Counted from the first letter of the stretch, positions 8,971 to 17,283 are shown. The stretch is 44,256 bases of DNA from Chthoniobacterales bacterium (GCA_045809825.1 JBJMXC010000010.1:1-44256), one strand, 5' to 3'. Program-made: numbers and translations. The notes: generated by a model from the letters alone, not told the origin.

Positions 8971-9003
8971 TGGCACCGCGATCCGCGGTCGTGGTTTCAC
9001 GTC

Positions 9004-10083
9004 ATGGACTTTGATTCTCTAATCGCACGCAAACGCGACCGGTTCGCCGAGCTCGAGGGCGAAATCGCTGACCCGGCCCTGTTCGAAAACCGCAAGCGCG
9101 CCAGCGAAATCATGCGGGAGCACGCCAGCGTGAAGCAATTGCTCGCGAAATGGGATGAGCTCACTGCCGCTCGCGAGCAGCTCGACCAGAATCGCGAGCT
9201 GGCTGCGTCGAACGACGTCGAGATCGCCGCCATGGCGGAAGATGAGATCCCGGATTTGCAGAAACGCCTCGCCGACCTCGAGCGCGATTTTCAGATCGCG
9301 CTTCTCCCGCCCGATGAGGATGAGAACCGCGACGCTATCGTCGAAATCCGCGCCGGGACCGGTGGGAGCGAGGCGGCCATTTTCGCGGCCGATCTTTACC
9401 GCATGTATAATAGATACGCGGAATCTGCCGGGTTGAAGGTCGAAGACCTGGAGTCGAGTCCATCGGAGCTGGGTGGATTAAAGGAATCCATCTTTCGCGT
9501 CTCCGGCGAAAATGTTTTCAAGAAGCTGCGGTTCGAGAGTGGTGTGCATCGGGTTCAGCGAGTGCCGGCGACCGAAGCGCAGGGACGGATTCATACTTCA
9601 ACCGCGACGGTCGCGGTCCTGCCCGAAGCCGAGGAAGTTGACCTTGAATTGAAGCCGGAAGATCTGCGGATAGAAGTTTGCCGCGCCGGCGGGCCAGGCG
9701 GCCAGGGTGTGAATACGACGGATTCTGCGGTTCAGGTTTTGCATATCCCGACGGGCCGCATCGTTCGTTGCCAGGACGGTCGGAGCCAGCAAAAGAACAA
9801 GGAGAAGGCGCTCAAGATCATGCGCGCGCGTCTGCTCGAGGACAAGCGGCGCGAGGAAGAAGAAAAATATTCGGCGCATCGCCGGAACCAGATCGGTTCG
9901 GGTGGCCGCGAAGAAAAAATCCGCACTTACAATTACGCGCAGAATCGGGTCACCGATCATCGGATCGGCCTGACTCTCTACAATCTCGATCGCTTCATGG
10001 AAGGCGACCTGGTGGAAATGATCGGTTCACTTCAGGCCGCTGATCTTCAGGAACGGCTGAAGGAATCCGCGGTCACGGCGTAA
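9004..10083 (+). CDS. prfA: Peptide chain release factor 1
   Basis: 359 aa. GGQ motif (GGPGGQGVNTTDSAV) and the RF1-type PxT tripeptide (RVPATEAQGRIHTS). Confidence 0.95.
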   Translation: MDFDSLIARKRDRFAELEGEIADPALFENRKRASEIMREHASVKQLLAKWDELTAAREQLDQNRELAASNDVEIAAMAEDEIPDLQKRLADLERDFQIALLPPDEDENRDAIVEIRAGTGGSEAAIFAADLYRMYNRYAESAGLKVEDLESSPSELGGLKESIFRVSGENVFKKLRFESGVHRVQRVPATEAQGRIHTSTATVAVLPEAEEVDLELKPEDLRIEVCRAGGPGGQGVNTTDSAVQVLHIPTGRIVRCQDGRSQQKNKEKALKIMRARLLEDKRREEEEKYSAHRRNQIGSGGREEKIRTYNYAQNRVTDHRIGLTLYNLDRFMEGDLVEMIGSLQAADLQERLKESAVTA

Positions 10084-10090
10084 TTGTACC

Positions 10091-10108
10091 GGGATCGGTG
10101 ATCCCGGC
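10091..10108. repeat. REP-like palindromic element, second copy
   Basis: GGGATCGGTGATCCCGGC lies 8 nt after the prfA stop and has the same core as 8952-8969. Confidence 0.6.
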
Positions 10109-10132
10109 TGATACGACGCGTTTACTGGCCGC

Positions 10133-10152
10133 GATCATCGATCCCGGCTACA
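10133..10152. repeat. REP-like element, right-arm copy
   Basis: GATCATCGATCCCGGCTACA. GATCCCGGCTACA is the reverse complement of the TGTAGC(C/T)GGGATC left arm seen at 8945. Confidence 0.45.
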
Positions 10153-10160
10153 ACGATCGA

Positions 10161-10598
10161 ATGGACGATTTTCTGGCCAATGCGATTGAGGAAGCCAGGA
10201 AGGGATTGGAGGAAGGCGGAATTCCGATTGGGTCGGTGCTCGTTTACGAAAGCAAAATCATCGGGCGCGGGCACAACCAGCGGGTGCAACGTGGCAGTGT
10301 GATCCATCACGCCGAGATGAATTGCCTCGAGAATGCGGGACGCCAGACCGCCGCGGTTTACCGGGACTGCACGATTTACACGACGTTGTCGCCCTGCCCG
10401 ATGTGCACCGGGGCGATTCTGCTTTATGGAATTCCGAGAGTTGTTGTCGGCGAGAACACAACGTTCATGGGCGGTGAGGAAGCGCTGCGCGCTGCGGGCA
10501 TTCGGGTCGATGTCGTGAACAACGCTGAGTGCATCGAGATGATGCGCACCTTCATCTCCAAAAACCCGGCGCTTTGGAACGAGGACATCGGGATTTAA
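10161..10598 (+). CDS. Cytosine deaminase of the small zinc CDA-fold type (yeast Fcy1-like)
   Basis: 145 aa from the ATG at 10161. GGIPIGSVL...GRGHNQRVQRGSVIHHAEMNCLENAG...TIYTTLSPCPMCTGAILLYGIPRVVVGENTTF...LWNEDIGI parallels my recollection of Fcy1 nearly motif for motif (HAE and PCxxC zinc ligands). Confidence 0.8.
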   Translation: MDDFLANAIEEARKGLEEGGIPIGSVLVYESKIIGRGHNQRVQRGSVIHHAEMNCLENAGRQTAAVYRDCTIYTTLSPCPMCTGAILLYGIPRVVVGENTTFMGGEEALRAAGIRVDVVNNAECIEMMRTFISKNPALWNEDIGI

Positions 10599-10600
10599 GC

Positions 10601-11437
10601 ATGACCGTTTTGGAGGTGTTGCAGTCGAGCACCGATTATTTCAAGAAGCGGGGAATCGAGAGTCCGCGCTTGAACGCGGAACATTTGCTCGCCCACACAC
10701 TGAAGCGGAAACGGATCGAGCTGTATCTGGAATTCGAGCGCGTCCTGACCGAGGCGGAACTGGTCCCGTTGCGGGATTTCGTGAGGCGGCGTGGCCAGGG
10801 CGAGCCGCTCCAACATTTGCTCGGCACGGTGGAATTCGCCGGCCACGTTTTTCTTTGCGATACGCGTGCCCTGGTGCCGCGGCCGGAAACCGAACAGCTC
10901 GTCGAACTTCTCCAATCGAGAATCGAGAATCGAGAATCGAAAATTCTGGACGTCGGAACGGGCAGTGGAGTTATTGCGCTGAGCCTGGCGGCGAAATTTC
11001 CCGGCGCGAAAGTTACCGCGACGGACGTTTCCGAAGATGCGCTAGCCTTGGCTCGCGAGAATGCCGACCGCCTCGCTTTGGGTGACCGAATTGAATTTTT
11101 GCAGAGCGAGCTGATGACATGCGTCACTGGCGTATATGATTTGATCGTCGCTAACCTGCCTTATGTTGCGGCGAGAGACCGGCAGACGTTGTCGCGGGAA
11201 GTTCTGCGCGATCCAGAGATCGCGCTGTTTGGCGGTGAACGCGGCGATGAAATTATCCGCAAGTTAATCGAGACGGCGCCGTCTCATCTTGCGCCGGGCG
11301 GGCTTCTCGCACTTGAGCTCGGGTTGGGACAGGCGGATGAGTTGGCCGCTTTGATGGCGAAAAATAATTACCACGACACCAAGTCGGAGCGCGATTATTC
11401 GGATGTGATACGATTCCTTTTTGGGCGGTATGGATAA
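10601..11437 (+). CDS. prmC: Release-factor glutamine N5-methyltransferase (HemK/PrmC)
   Basis: 278 aa from the ATG at 10601. N-terminal HemK helical domain, SAM motif ILDVGTGSGVIAL, and the catalytic tetrapeptide present as NLPY (AAC CTG CCT TAT) instead of the canonical NPPY. Confidence 0.85.
   Translation: MTVLEVLQSSTDYFKKRGIESPRLNAEHLLAHTLKRKRIELYLEFERVLTEAELVPLRDFVRRRGQGEPLQHLLGTVEFAGHVFLCDTRALVPRPETEQLVELLQSRIENRESKILDVGTGSGVIALSLAAKFPGAKVTATDVSEDALALARENADRLALGDRIEFLQSELMTCVTGVYDLIVANLPYVAARDRQTLSREVLRDPEIALFGGERGDEIIRKLIETAPSHLAPGGLLALELGLGQADELAALMAKNNYHDTKSERDYSDVIRFLFGRYG
10914..10948 (+). repeat. Tandem heptanucleotide array (AATCGAG)3-AATCGAA-AATTCTG inside prmC
   Basis: Read directly: AATCGAG at 10914, 10921 and 10928, AATCGAA at 10935, and a degenerate unit at 10942. 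Translated in frame as SRIENRESKIL, just before the SAM-binding motif. Confidence 0.9.
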
Positions 11438-12692
11438 AATTGTGATTCACGGCGGGCGACCGCTCTCGGGCTCTATCAAGATCAGCGGGTCGAAGAACTC
11501 AGCTTTGCCGATCGTGGCGGCGACCCTGCTGACCCGCGAGCCATGCACTCTGCATCGTGTCCCGGATTTGAGTGATCTGCATTACATGCTCCAGATCCTG
11601 ACCCATCTGGGGGCCCAGGTAGAACGGGCGAGCGGGACCGTGACTGTAACCGCAGAAAAGGTGGAATCGGTCGCGCCTTATGACGTCGTGCGAAAGATGC
11701 GGGCCTCGGTCTGCGTAATCGGTCCGCTTCTTGGCCGCTGCAATGAAGCGACCGTTTCCCTGCCAGGCGGTTGCGTTATCGGCGATCGCCCGATTGATTT
11801 GCACCTGAAGGGATTTGAAGCGCTCGGCGCCGCGGTCAGGGTGGAGGGCGGCAATGTGAAGGTGTTCGCGCCGAAATTGAAAGGCGCCGTTATTAATCTG
11901 ACCGGCAAATTCGGCCCGACGGTCCTCGGCACCGACAACGTGATGATGGCGGCGGTGCTGGCCGAGGGAATCACCGTGATTGAAGGTGCAGCGACGGAAC
12001 CGGAGGTCGTCGACCTTGCAAATTTCCTCAACAAAATGGGGGCGAAGATCGAGGGGGCGGGGACGCGCCGATTGATCATCGAGGGCGTGAAGGAATTGCA
12101 CGGCGCGGAACACGATATTATTCCCGACCGGATTGAAGCGGGGACGTTCCTGATTGCGGGCGCAATTTGTGGCAAAGGCGTGACGGTGAAACGAGTGAAC
12201 CGCGAACATCTTACCGCGCTCACCGATGCGCTAACTGCCTCTGGTTATCAGATTCAATGGGCGGCAGACTCCATCACGGTCGCACCAAACGGCGCTACCA
12301 AACCGATTGAGCTGGCGACGGAACCGTATCCGGGTTTCCCGACCGACATGCAGGCCCAGATGTGCGCGCTGCTTTCCACGACGGAGGGAATTAGCGTGAT
12401 CACGGAAAACGTTTTTCCGCAGCGCTACATGCACATCGCCGAGTTGAAACGGATGGGAGCGCATATGCAGCTGGAAGGCGCGAGCGCGATCATCCAGGGC
12501 GTGGAACGGTTATTTGGTGCGCCCGTTATGGCGAGCGATCTGCGCGCTTCAGCGGCTCTTGTCCTGGCAGGATTGAAGGCGGAAGGCCGGACCGAAGTAA
12601 GCCGCGTTTACCACATCGATCGTGGTTACGAGCATCTCGATGAAAAGCTGAGTGAGCTCGGCGCCGATATTGAGCGGGTGAAGGCGGACTGA
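11430..12692 (+). CDS. murA: UDP-N-acetylglucosamine 1-carboxyvinyltransferase
   Basis: MDKIVIHGGRPLSGSIKISGSKNSALPI is a canonical MurA N-terminus and the length is 420 aa. The ATG at 11430 overlaps the prmC stop (ATGGATAA). Confidence 0.95.
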   Translation: MDKIVIHGGRPLSGSIKISGSKNSALPIVAATLLTREPCTLHRVPDLSDLHYMLQILTHLGAQVERASGTVTVTAEKVESVAPYDVVRKMRASVCVIGPLLGRCNEATVSLPGGCVIGDRPIDLHLKGFEALGAAVRVEGGNVKVFAPKLKGAVINLTGKFGPTVLGTDNVMMAAVLAEGITVIEGAATEPEVVDLANFLNKMGAKIEGAGTRRLIIEGVKELHGAEHDIIPDRIEAGTFLIAGAICGKGVTVKRVNREHLTALTDALTASGYQIQWAADSITVAPNGATKPIELATEPYPGFPTDMQAQMCALLSTTEGISVITENVFPQRYMHIAELKRMGAHMQLEGASAIIQGVERLFGAPVMASDLRASAALVLAGLKAEGRTEVSRVYHIDRGYEHLDEKLSELGADIERVKAD

Positions 12693-12779
12693 TTTCTATT
12701 CGTAATCGTGCTCATGCTCGTGACGGATGCGTGAGAAATCGTTGAGCACGAGTAAGAGCGCGAGCAAGAGAACAAGAAG
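12693..12779. repeat. Inverted pair of hexamer-period tandem arrays between convergent murA and nfo
   Basis: Left array TTTCTA TTCGTA ATCGTG CTCATG CTCGTG (12693-12722). Right array GAGCAC GAGTAA GAGCGC GAGCAA GAGAAC AAGAAG (12744-12779). The arms are partly complementary, e.g. TCGTGCTC(12706-12713)/GAGCACGA(12744-12751). Confidence 0.75.
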
Positions 12780-12785
12780 GGAACC

Positions 12786-13703
12786 TTACAGAAGACCGCG
12801 CAACACCTTCAGGTTTTCGATGTCTTCGGTAAGGTTTTTGTCCTTCGGCGTCTCCAGCACCTTCGGAATTTTCCGAAACCGGCGGTCCCGCATGATAAAG
12901 CGAAAAGCGTCGAGGCCGATCTTGCCCTTGCCGATATGTTCGTGGCGATCCACGCGTGATCCGCGGTCCGTCTTGGAATCGTTAAGGTGCAGAGCTGCGA
13001 GACGATCGAATCCGATAACGCGATCGAATTCGCGAAACATTTTCTTCACGCCCTTTTCGGTGCCGATGTCGTAACCCGCTTCGAAGACGTGCGCGGTATC
13101 GAGGCAAACACAAAGACGCTCAGGTTCCCGCACGTTCTCGATGATCGCGGCGAGATGCTCGAAGCGATCCCCGAGGCACGATCCCTGGCCTGCTGTGGTT
13201 TCGAGCGCGATCTTTGTTTTTACCTTTGGGATGACTGTCCAGATCGCATCGAGTGACGCGATGATTTTTTCCAGGCCTGCCTCTTCTCCGGCGCCGAGAT
13301 GAGCACCGGGATGCATGACCAGAAATGGCAATTCCAATTGGTCCCCGCGAACGAGTTCTTCGGACAACGCCCGGAGCGAATTCGCGTGAAATTGCGGATT
13401 GGTCGCCGCGAGATTGATCAGATAATTCGCGTGGGCAAACGCGGACTGTAATTCCCTCCGCTGGGCGTGATCCAAAAAAGCCGCGATCTCCTCGCGGAGC
13501 AACGGCCGGGCAAACCATTGCATGTTGTTCTTCACGAAAATCTGCATCGCGGTGCAGTCGATCGATCGCGACCGCTCAATCGCGCGGTGCACTCCACCAC
13601 CGATGGACATATGGGCGCCGAGAAGCGGGATTGCAGATTTCAGACTGCCGATTGCAGATTGGGGACAGACGGTCCGACGTCGTTTTCGCGCTGGACGTTT
13701 CAT
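12786..13703 (-). CDS. nfo: Endonuclease IV (AP endonuclease)
   Basis: LLGAHMSIGGGVHRAIERSRSIDCTAMQIFVKNNMQW aligns with the E. coli Nfo N-terminus (IGAHVSAAGG...). Start is uncertain. The ATG at 13703 gives a basic leader of about 30 aa that is partly encoded by a heptamer array; TTG 13727 is the alternative. Confidence 0.85.
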   Translation of the reverse strand: MKRPARKRRRTVCPQSAIGSLKSAIPLLGAHMSIGGGVHRAIERSRSIDCTAMQIFVKNNMQWFARPLLREEIAAFLDHAQRRELQSAFAHANYLINLAATNPQFHANSLRALSEELVRGDQLELPFLVMHPGAHLGAGEEAGLEKIIASLDAIWTVIPKVKTKIALETTAGQGSCLGDRFEHLAAIIENVREPERLCVCLDTAHVFEAGYDIGTEKGVKKMFREFDRVIGFDRLAALHLNDSKTDRGSRVDRHEHIGKGKIGLDAFRFIMRDRRFRKIPKVLETPKDKNLTEDIENLKVLRGLL

Positions 13704-13738
13704 CAATCTGCAATCTGCAATCGACAATCTAAAATCTC
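13627..13738. repeat. Inverted pair of 5-unit heptamer arrays (CAATCTG family) with a 42-nt spacer
   Basis: Left arm GGGATTG CAGATTT CAGACTG CCGATTG CAGATTG (13627-13661). Right arm CAATCTG CAATCTG CAATCGA CAATCTA AAATCTC (13704-13738). By hand about 27 of 35 positions are complementary. The spacer is 42 nt (6 x 7). The element spans the stop of the upstream gene (13729-13731) and the 5' end of nfo. Confidence 0.85.
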
Positions 13739-16173
13739 TTCGGGTGCCACTTTGGCTTGGAGATACTGCCTTCGCCTTTGTATTCGAAAAGTTTGTACAT
13801 CGGGGTGAGGAGGACGCCGGGGCCGCCGCCTTCGATGCGAATATCGAAGTCGAGTTTGTCCTCGAGGAAATGGATGTCGCCGTGGCCGATCATGCCGAAG
13901 AGCTTGCCGGAAACCTTGAAGTCGTCGGTGTGAATGACGCCGTCCTTAATGGTAAAAGTGGCCCCGGCCTGGCGGGCGAGACTGTAACCGGCGCCGGGAA
14001 TAATGGCTGAGAGCAGCTCCGAAAGCGGGCCGAAAACGGGGATAGCAAAGATGTCGCCCTCGGTGACGCGCGCGGTTCCCTTGCCCTCCATTAGGCGAGC
14101 TTCGCTGCCAATGCCCGTCCAATCATAGCTGCCCGCCAACCTGCCGTGCGCGGTGTTGTTCTTAAAGTAGAGATCGGCGAGCTTTGGAAAATCGACACCG
14201 TCCAGGGTGAGGTTGGCCCGGTAGCGGTTGTCGTTTTTCGCGAGTGAAATATCGGCGCCGCCGCGCACATCACCGTTAAAGAGTTTCCCCACCATCTCGA
14301 GCAACTGGAGATGATTGTCGGTAAAGAGGAGGCGGCCCGTGACGCGATCGAAAGGGAGGTTTTTGCCGAGAAACATGTAGTCCATCCCGGTCGGCGCATC
14401 GACCTTGATCTCGATGCGATCGCCGGGGGCTCCGCGAAAGTGGAAGACGCCGTTTACGAGAAGACTAGGCGGCTGGCGAAACTTATATGGCACGACTTCC
14501 TTGAAGTACTTCGGGTCGACCCAGACGATCGCTTCCGTCAGGCGCAATCCGCTTTTGATTTCCTTCAGGCGAATTTCATGATGCGTGAAATCGTAAACGA
14601 TGGTGCCGCTGCCGACGCCTTCGTCGCGCATGACATGCAGATCGGCCAGGGTGAGCGCTCCGTTCTCGAGGCGAATCCCGGCGCGCGCTTCATTCATCGA
14701 GGCGCCGCGAAAACTGGTCCGCTGAGCGGTGATGTTCCCATCGCCAATCCAGGATTCCGGGTCGCGCCCGTGGCCATGAATGGCGAGGCGAATCAATGGC
14801 GGGCGCGTCCATTGCCATTCTGCCAGGAAATGTGCCAGCTCCGGTGAGGTGAACGCGCGGAAGACAATCGGGTCGACCGAGCTGTCGATTGTCAGCCGAA
14901 AATCGTTTGGCGCGTCCAGCAGATCGCCGCGAAGCTCGCCGGATTCATGGCGGAGCCGGAGCTCGCGGATCATCGAGCGCTCCCCATCCCATGAGAAATC
15001 GGCGGTGAGCTGGAGTAGCGGAACGGTCTTGTAACTGAATCGTTCGACGGCGAGCCGGCCGATCAGGCTGAGCTTCGGTGATTCGCCAGTGAAGTCCGCC
15101 GAGCCGGATAGTTCCAACAAGGGCGGGGTGGTTAGAGTGAGGTCGGCCAACAATTGAGGGAAGCCGGCGGCTTCAAGGAAACGCTTCGCGTCGAGCGTGC
15201 TCCGGCCTTGGAAATCAGCGCTCCTAGTCGCATGGTTCCAGCTGGCGCGGCCGGCAAAATTGCCGGCGTTATCGGCCCACGAACATTGAGTCACGTTGAG
15301 CGCCTGGTTTGCCCATTCGGCCACGACGTTGACGTTGCTGATCTCGTAGGCGCCGCGTTGCAACCGGTCAGCGCGCAGAGTTGCCTCAGCATGGACGCTC
15401 TCGAACTGCGAGAGGTCCCCCGCGAACTTCACCTGAAGGGTGGGTGGTTCGCCGATAAAAGTGAAGCGGCGCAATTCATCCGCGGCCCGATGAATGAGCG
15501 ATAAACGCTGCCGCCATTCCTCGTCGGTGATTTCCTCCGAAGATTTGTAATCGTCACGCTTGATCAGTTGCCCGGTCGCGGAGATTCGGACCCCGGCAAA
15601 AATGCCTTCCGCCTGGCTGACGAAGATCTGCTCCGGCGGAAAATAAACATGCGCGCGGAGGTCCTTGATCTGGGTTTTCGATTTGGTTGGATCGCTAGCC
15701 GGGTTTGGAATTGTCAGGTCGGCGCCGCGGACGTCGAGGGCATTGAGAAACGGTTTGTGATGGAGCAACGCCGAGTAGTTGATGTCGAGCGCGACTTCGC
15801 TGATGACGGCCAGGGTGCTCTCGCGGTTTTTGAAATCGTAAATGCGGACATCCTGCGCGATGAGGCCGCGGACCGGATCCACTGTCAGCCTGCGAATCGA
15901 CGCCTCGACCCCGCGTTTATGAAGTTCCTGAGAGACCCGGTCCCGCCATTCCTTGCCGAAACCGCGCTTGGCCAGGTACCAACTCGTCCAGCCGAAGAGT
16001 AAAATGAAACCTACAACGGAGAGGCGGAGGATACGTCGTGATCGAGAATGATGCGCTTTTGCGCGGCGCCGATAAAACTGTCGCGCCAGGGAAGGCGGCG
16101 TCGGTTCCAAGACAGGAGGCATTGCGGGAAAAGTCGAACGTGCAACGCCCGACGTCCAACGCCCAATGAGCAC
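13729..16173 (-). CDS. Large membrane-anchored AsmA-like (AsmA/TamB-type) protein
   Basis: 814 aa with an N-terminal TM (ILRLSVVGFILLFGWTSWYLA) and a long beta-rich body. The C-terminal segment FTIKDGVIHTDDFKVSGKLFGMIGHGDIHFLEDKLDFDIRIEG is typical of AsmA C-terminal regions. The start codon is uncertain; an alternative Met lies at 16122. Confidence 0.55.
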   Translation of the reverse strand: MLIGRWTSGVARSTFPAMPPVLEPTPPSLARQFYRRRAKAHHSRSRRILRLSVVGFILLFGWTSWYLAKRGFGKEWRDRVSQELHKRGVEASIRRLTVDPVRGLIAQDVRIYDFKNRESTLAVISEVALDINYSALLHHKPFLNALDVRGADLTIPNPASDPTKSKTQIKDLRAHVYFPPEQIFVSQAEGIFAGVRISATGQLIKRDDYKSSEEITDEEWRQRLSLIHRAADELRRFTFIGEPPTLQVKFAGDLSQFESVHAEATLRADRLQRGAYEISNVNVVAEWANQALNVTQCSWADNAGNFAGRASWNHATRSADFQGRSTLDAKRFLEAAGFPQLLADLTLTTPPLLELSGSADFTGESPKLSLIGRLAVERFSYKTVPLLQLTADFSWDGERSMIRELRLRHESGELRGDLLDAPNDFRLTIDSSVDPIVFRAFTSPELAHFLAEWQWTRPPLIRLAIHGHGRDPESWIGDGNITAQRTSFRGASMNEARAGIRLENGALTLADLHVMRDEGVGSGTIVYDFTHHEIRLKEIKSGLRLTEAIVWVDPKYFKEVVPYKFRQPPSLLVNGVFHFRGAPGDRIEIKVDAPTGMDYMFLGKNLPFDRVTGRLLFTDNHLQLLEMVGKLFNGDVRGGADISLAKNDNRYRANLTLDGVDFPKLADLYFKNNTAHGRLAGSYDWTGIGSEARLMEGKGTARVTEGDIFAIPVFGPLSELLSAIIPGAGYSLARQAGATFTIKDGVIHTDDFKVSGKLFGMIGHGDIHFLEDKLDFDIRIEGGGPGVLLTPMYKLFEYKGEGSISKPKWHPKRF

Positions 16174-16261
16174 AGAGCAGCGAGGCTACGTTAGTCCCTG
16201 GTTCCCACGCCACGGCTTGGTATGAGGATGCTCTTGTTAATGAGCGCCGTTCACGGATAGG

Positions 16262-16291
16262 GATCAGGACCATGATCACGATCAGGAGCAG
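16262..16291 (+). repeat. Hexamer-period array GATCAG GACCAT GATCAC GATCAG GAGCAG
   Basis: Read directly. It ends 3 nt before the ATG of the DUF420 gene and has the same GA(G/T)CAN flavour as the right arm at 12744-12779. Confidence 0.7.
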
Positions 16292-16294
16292 GAA

Positions 16295-16732
16295 ATGACC
16301 ATCTCCGATCTGCCGGCCATCAACGCGTCGCTGAATTTCATCAGCACCATCTTTATCTCGACCGGTTGGTATTTGATCCGGCGCGGTTATTGGCGTCGCC
16401 ATGTCGCCTGCATGATTCCCGCTCTAATTTCCTCAACTCTATTCCTTGTCGGCTATCTCGTTTACCACGCGCATGTCGGCGAGCGTTCCACCCATTTCAG
16501 CGCCGTCGGCATTGTGCGACCGATTTATTTCACGCTCCTGATCTCCCACATTCTTCTCGCCTTCATCACTCTGCCGCTCGTCATCGTGACCCTGGTCCCG
16601 GTATTTCGCCGACGCTGGGAACGGCATACTCGAATCGCGCGCTGGACGATGCCGATCTGGCTTTACGTTTCGGTCACCGGCGTCCTTGTTTACCTGATGC
16701 TCTATAAATGGTTCCCCCCGCTCCCCAGCTAA
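16295..16732 (+). CDS. DUF420 family membrane protein
   Basis: 145 aa, 4 TM. LPAINASLNFISTIFISTGWYLIRRG...H...MIPALISSTLFLVGYLVYH...YFTLLISHILLA...H..IARWTMPIWLYVSVTGVLVYLMLY matches the DUF420 pattern I recall. Confidence 0.75.
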   Translation: MTISDLPAINASLNFISTIFISTGWYLIRRGYWRRHVACMIPALISSTLFLVGYLVYHAHVGERSTHFSAVGIVRPIYFTLLISHILLAFITLPLVIVTLVPVFRRRWERHTRIARWTMPIWLYVSVTGVLVYLMLYKWFPPLPS

Positions 16733-16854
16733 CTCCGCGCGCGATATTCGTTTGCCGTGGCCGGTCATCAAGGGCCGGAGCCCTCGCGATCCACCGTCTT
16801 GCACTTCGCGGATAGTTGATGTTTGATGGGGGGACTGCTGAGGGCTGCGACATC

Positions 16855-17283
16855 ATGGTCACGATTGCGACATTCAACGAGGCGGCGAAAGCGAAGCATC
16901 TGAAAACACGCTTCCAGGAGGCGGGCGTGAAAGCCGATATTCATAATGAAGGCCGTCTCCAGAAGGCGGCGTTCGTTTCGGAACCGCAGGCTAACGCGAA
17001 GGTCCTGGTCAACGAGGAAGACTTTGAGCGCGCCAACAAATTGATGCTCGAATGGGAAGCGAGCGATCCACAAGTCGGCTCTGCCATCCGCTGTCCGCAA
17101 TGCAAATCGCCCCGGATCGAGTACCCGCAGCTGACCCGCAAATTCATGACGCCGTGGCTCGCGAGTATCCTTTTCGCGGTCAAAATCTTCCCCAAGGAAT
17201 TTTACTGCCACGATTGCCACAATACCTGGGGGAAAGACGGCGACCCGCTTCCGCAACCGGGGGCGTGGGAAACATTTTCGTAG
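16855..17283 (+). CDS. Small protein with DUF2007-like N-terminal domain and C-terminal CxxC...CxxC zinc ribbon
   Basis: 142 aa from the ATG at 16855. MVTIATFNEAAKAKHLKTRFQEAGVKADI is a DUF2007-like beta-alpha start. Also has CPQCKSP...CHDCHNTW. Confidence 0.45.
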   Translation: MVTIATFNEAAKAKHLKTRFQEAGVKADIHNEGRLQKAAFVSEPQANAKVLVNEEDFERANKLMLEWEASDPQVGSAIRCPQCKSPRIEYPQLTRKFMTPWLASILFAVKIFPKEFYCHDCHNTWGKDGDPLPQPGAWETFS

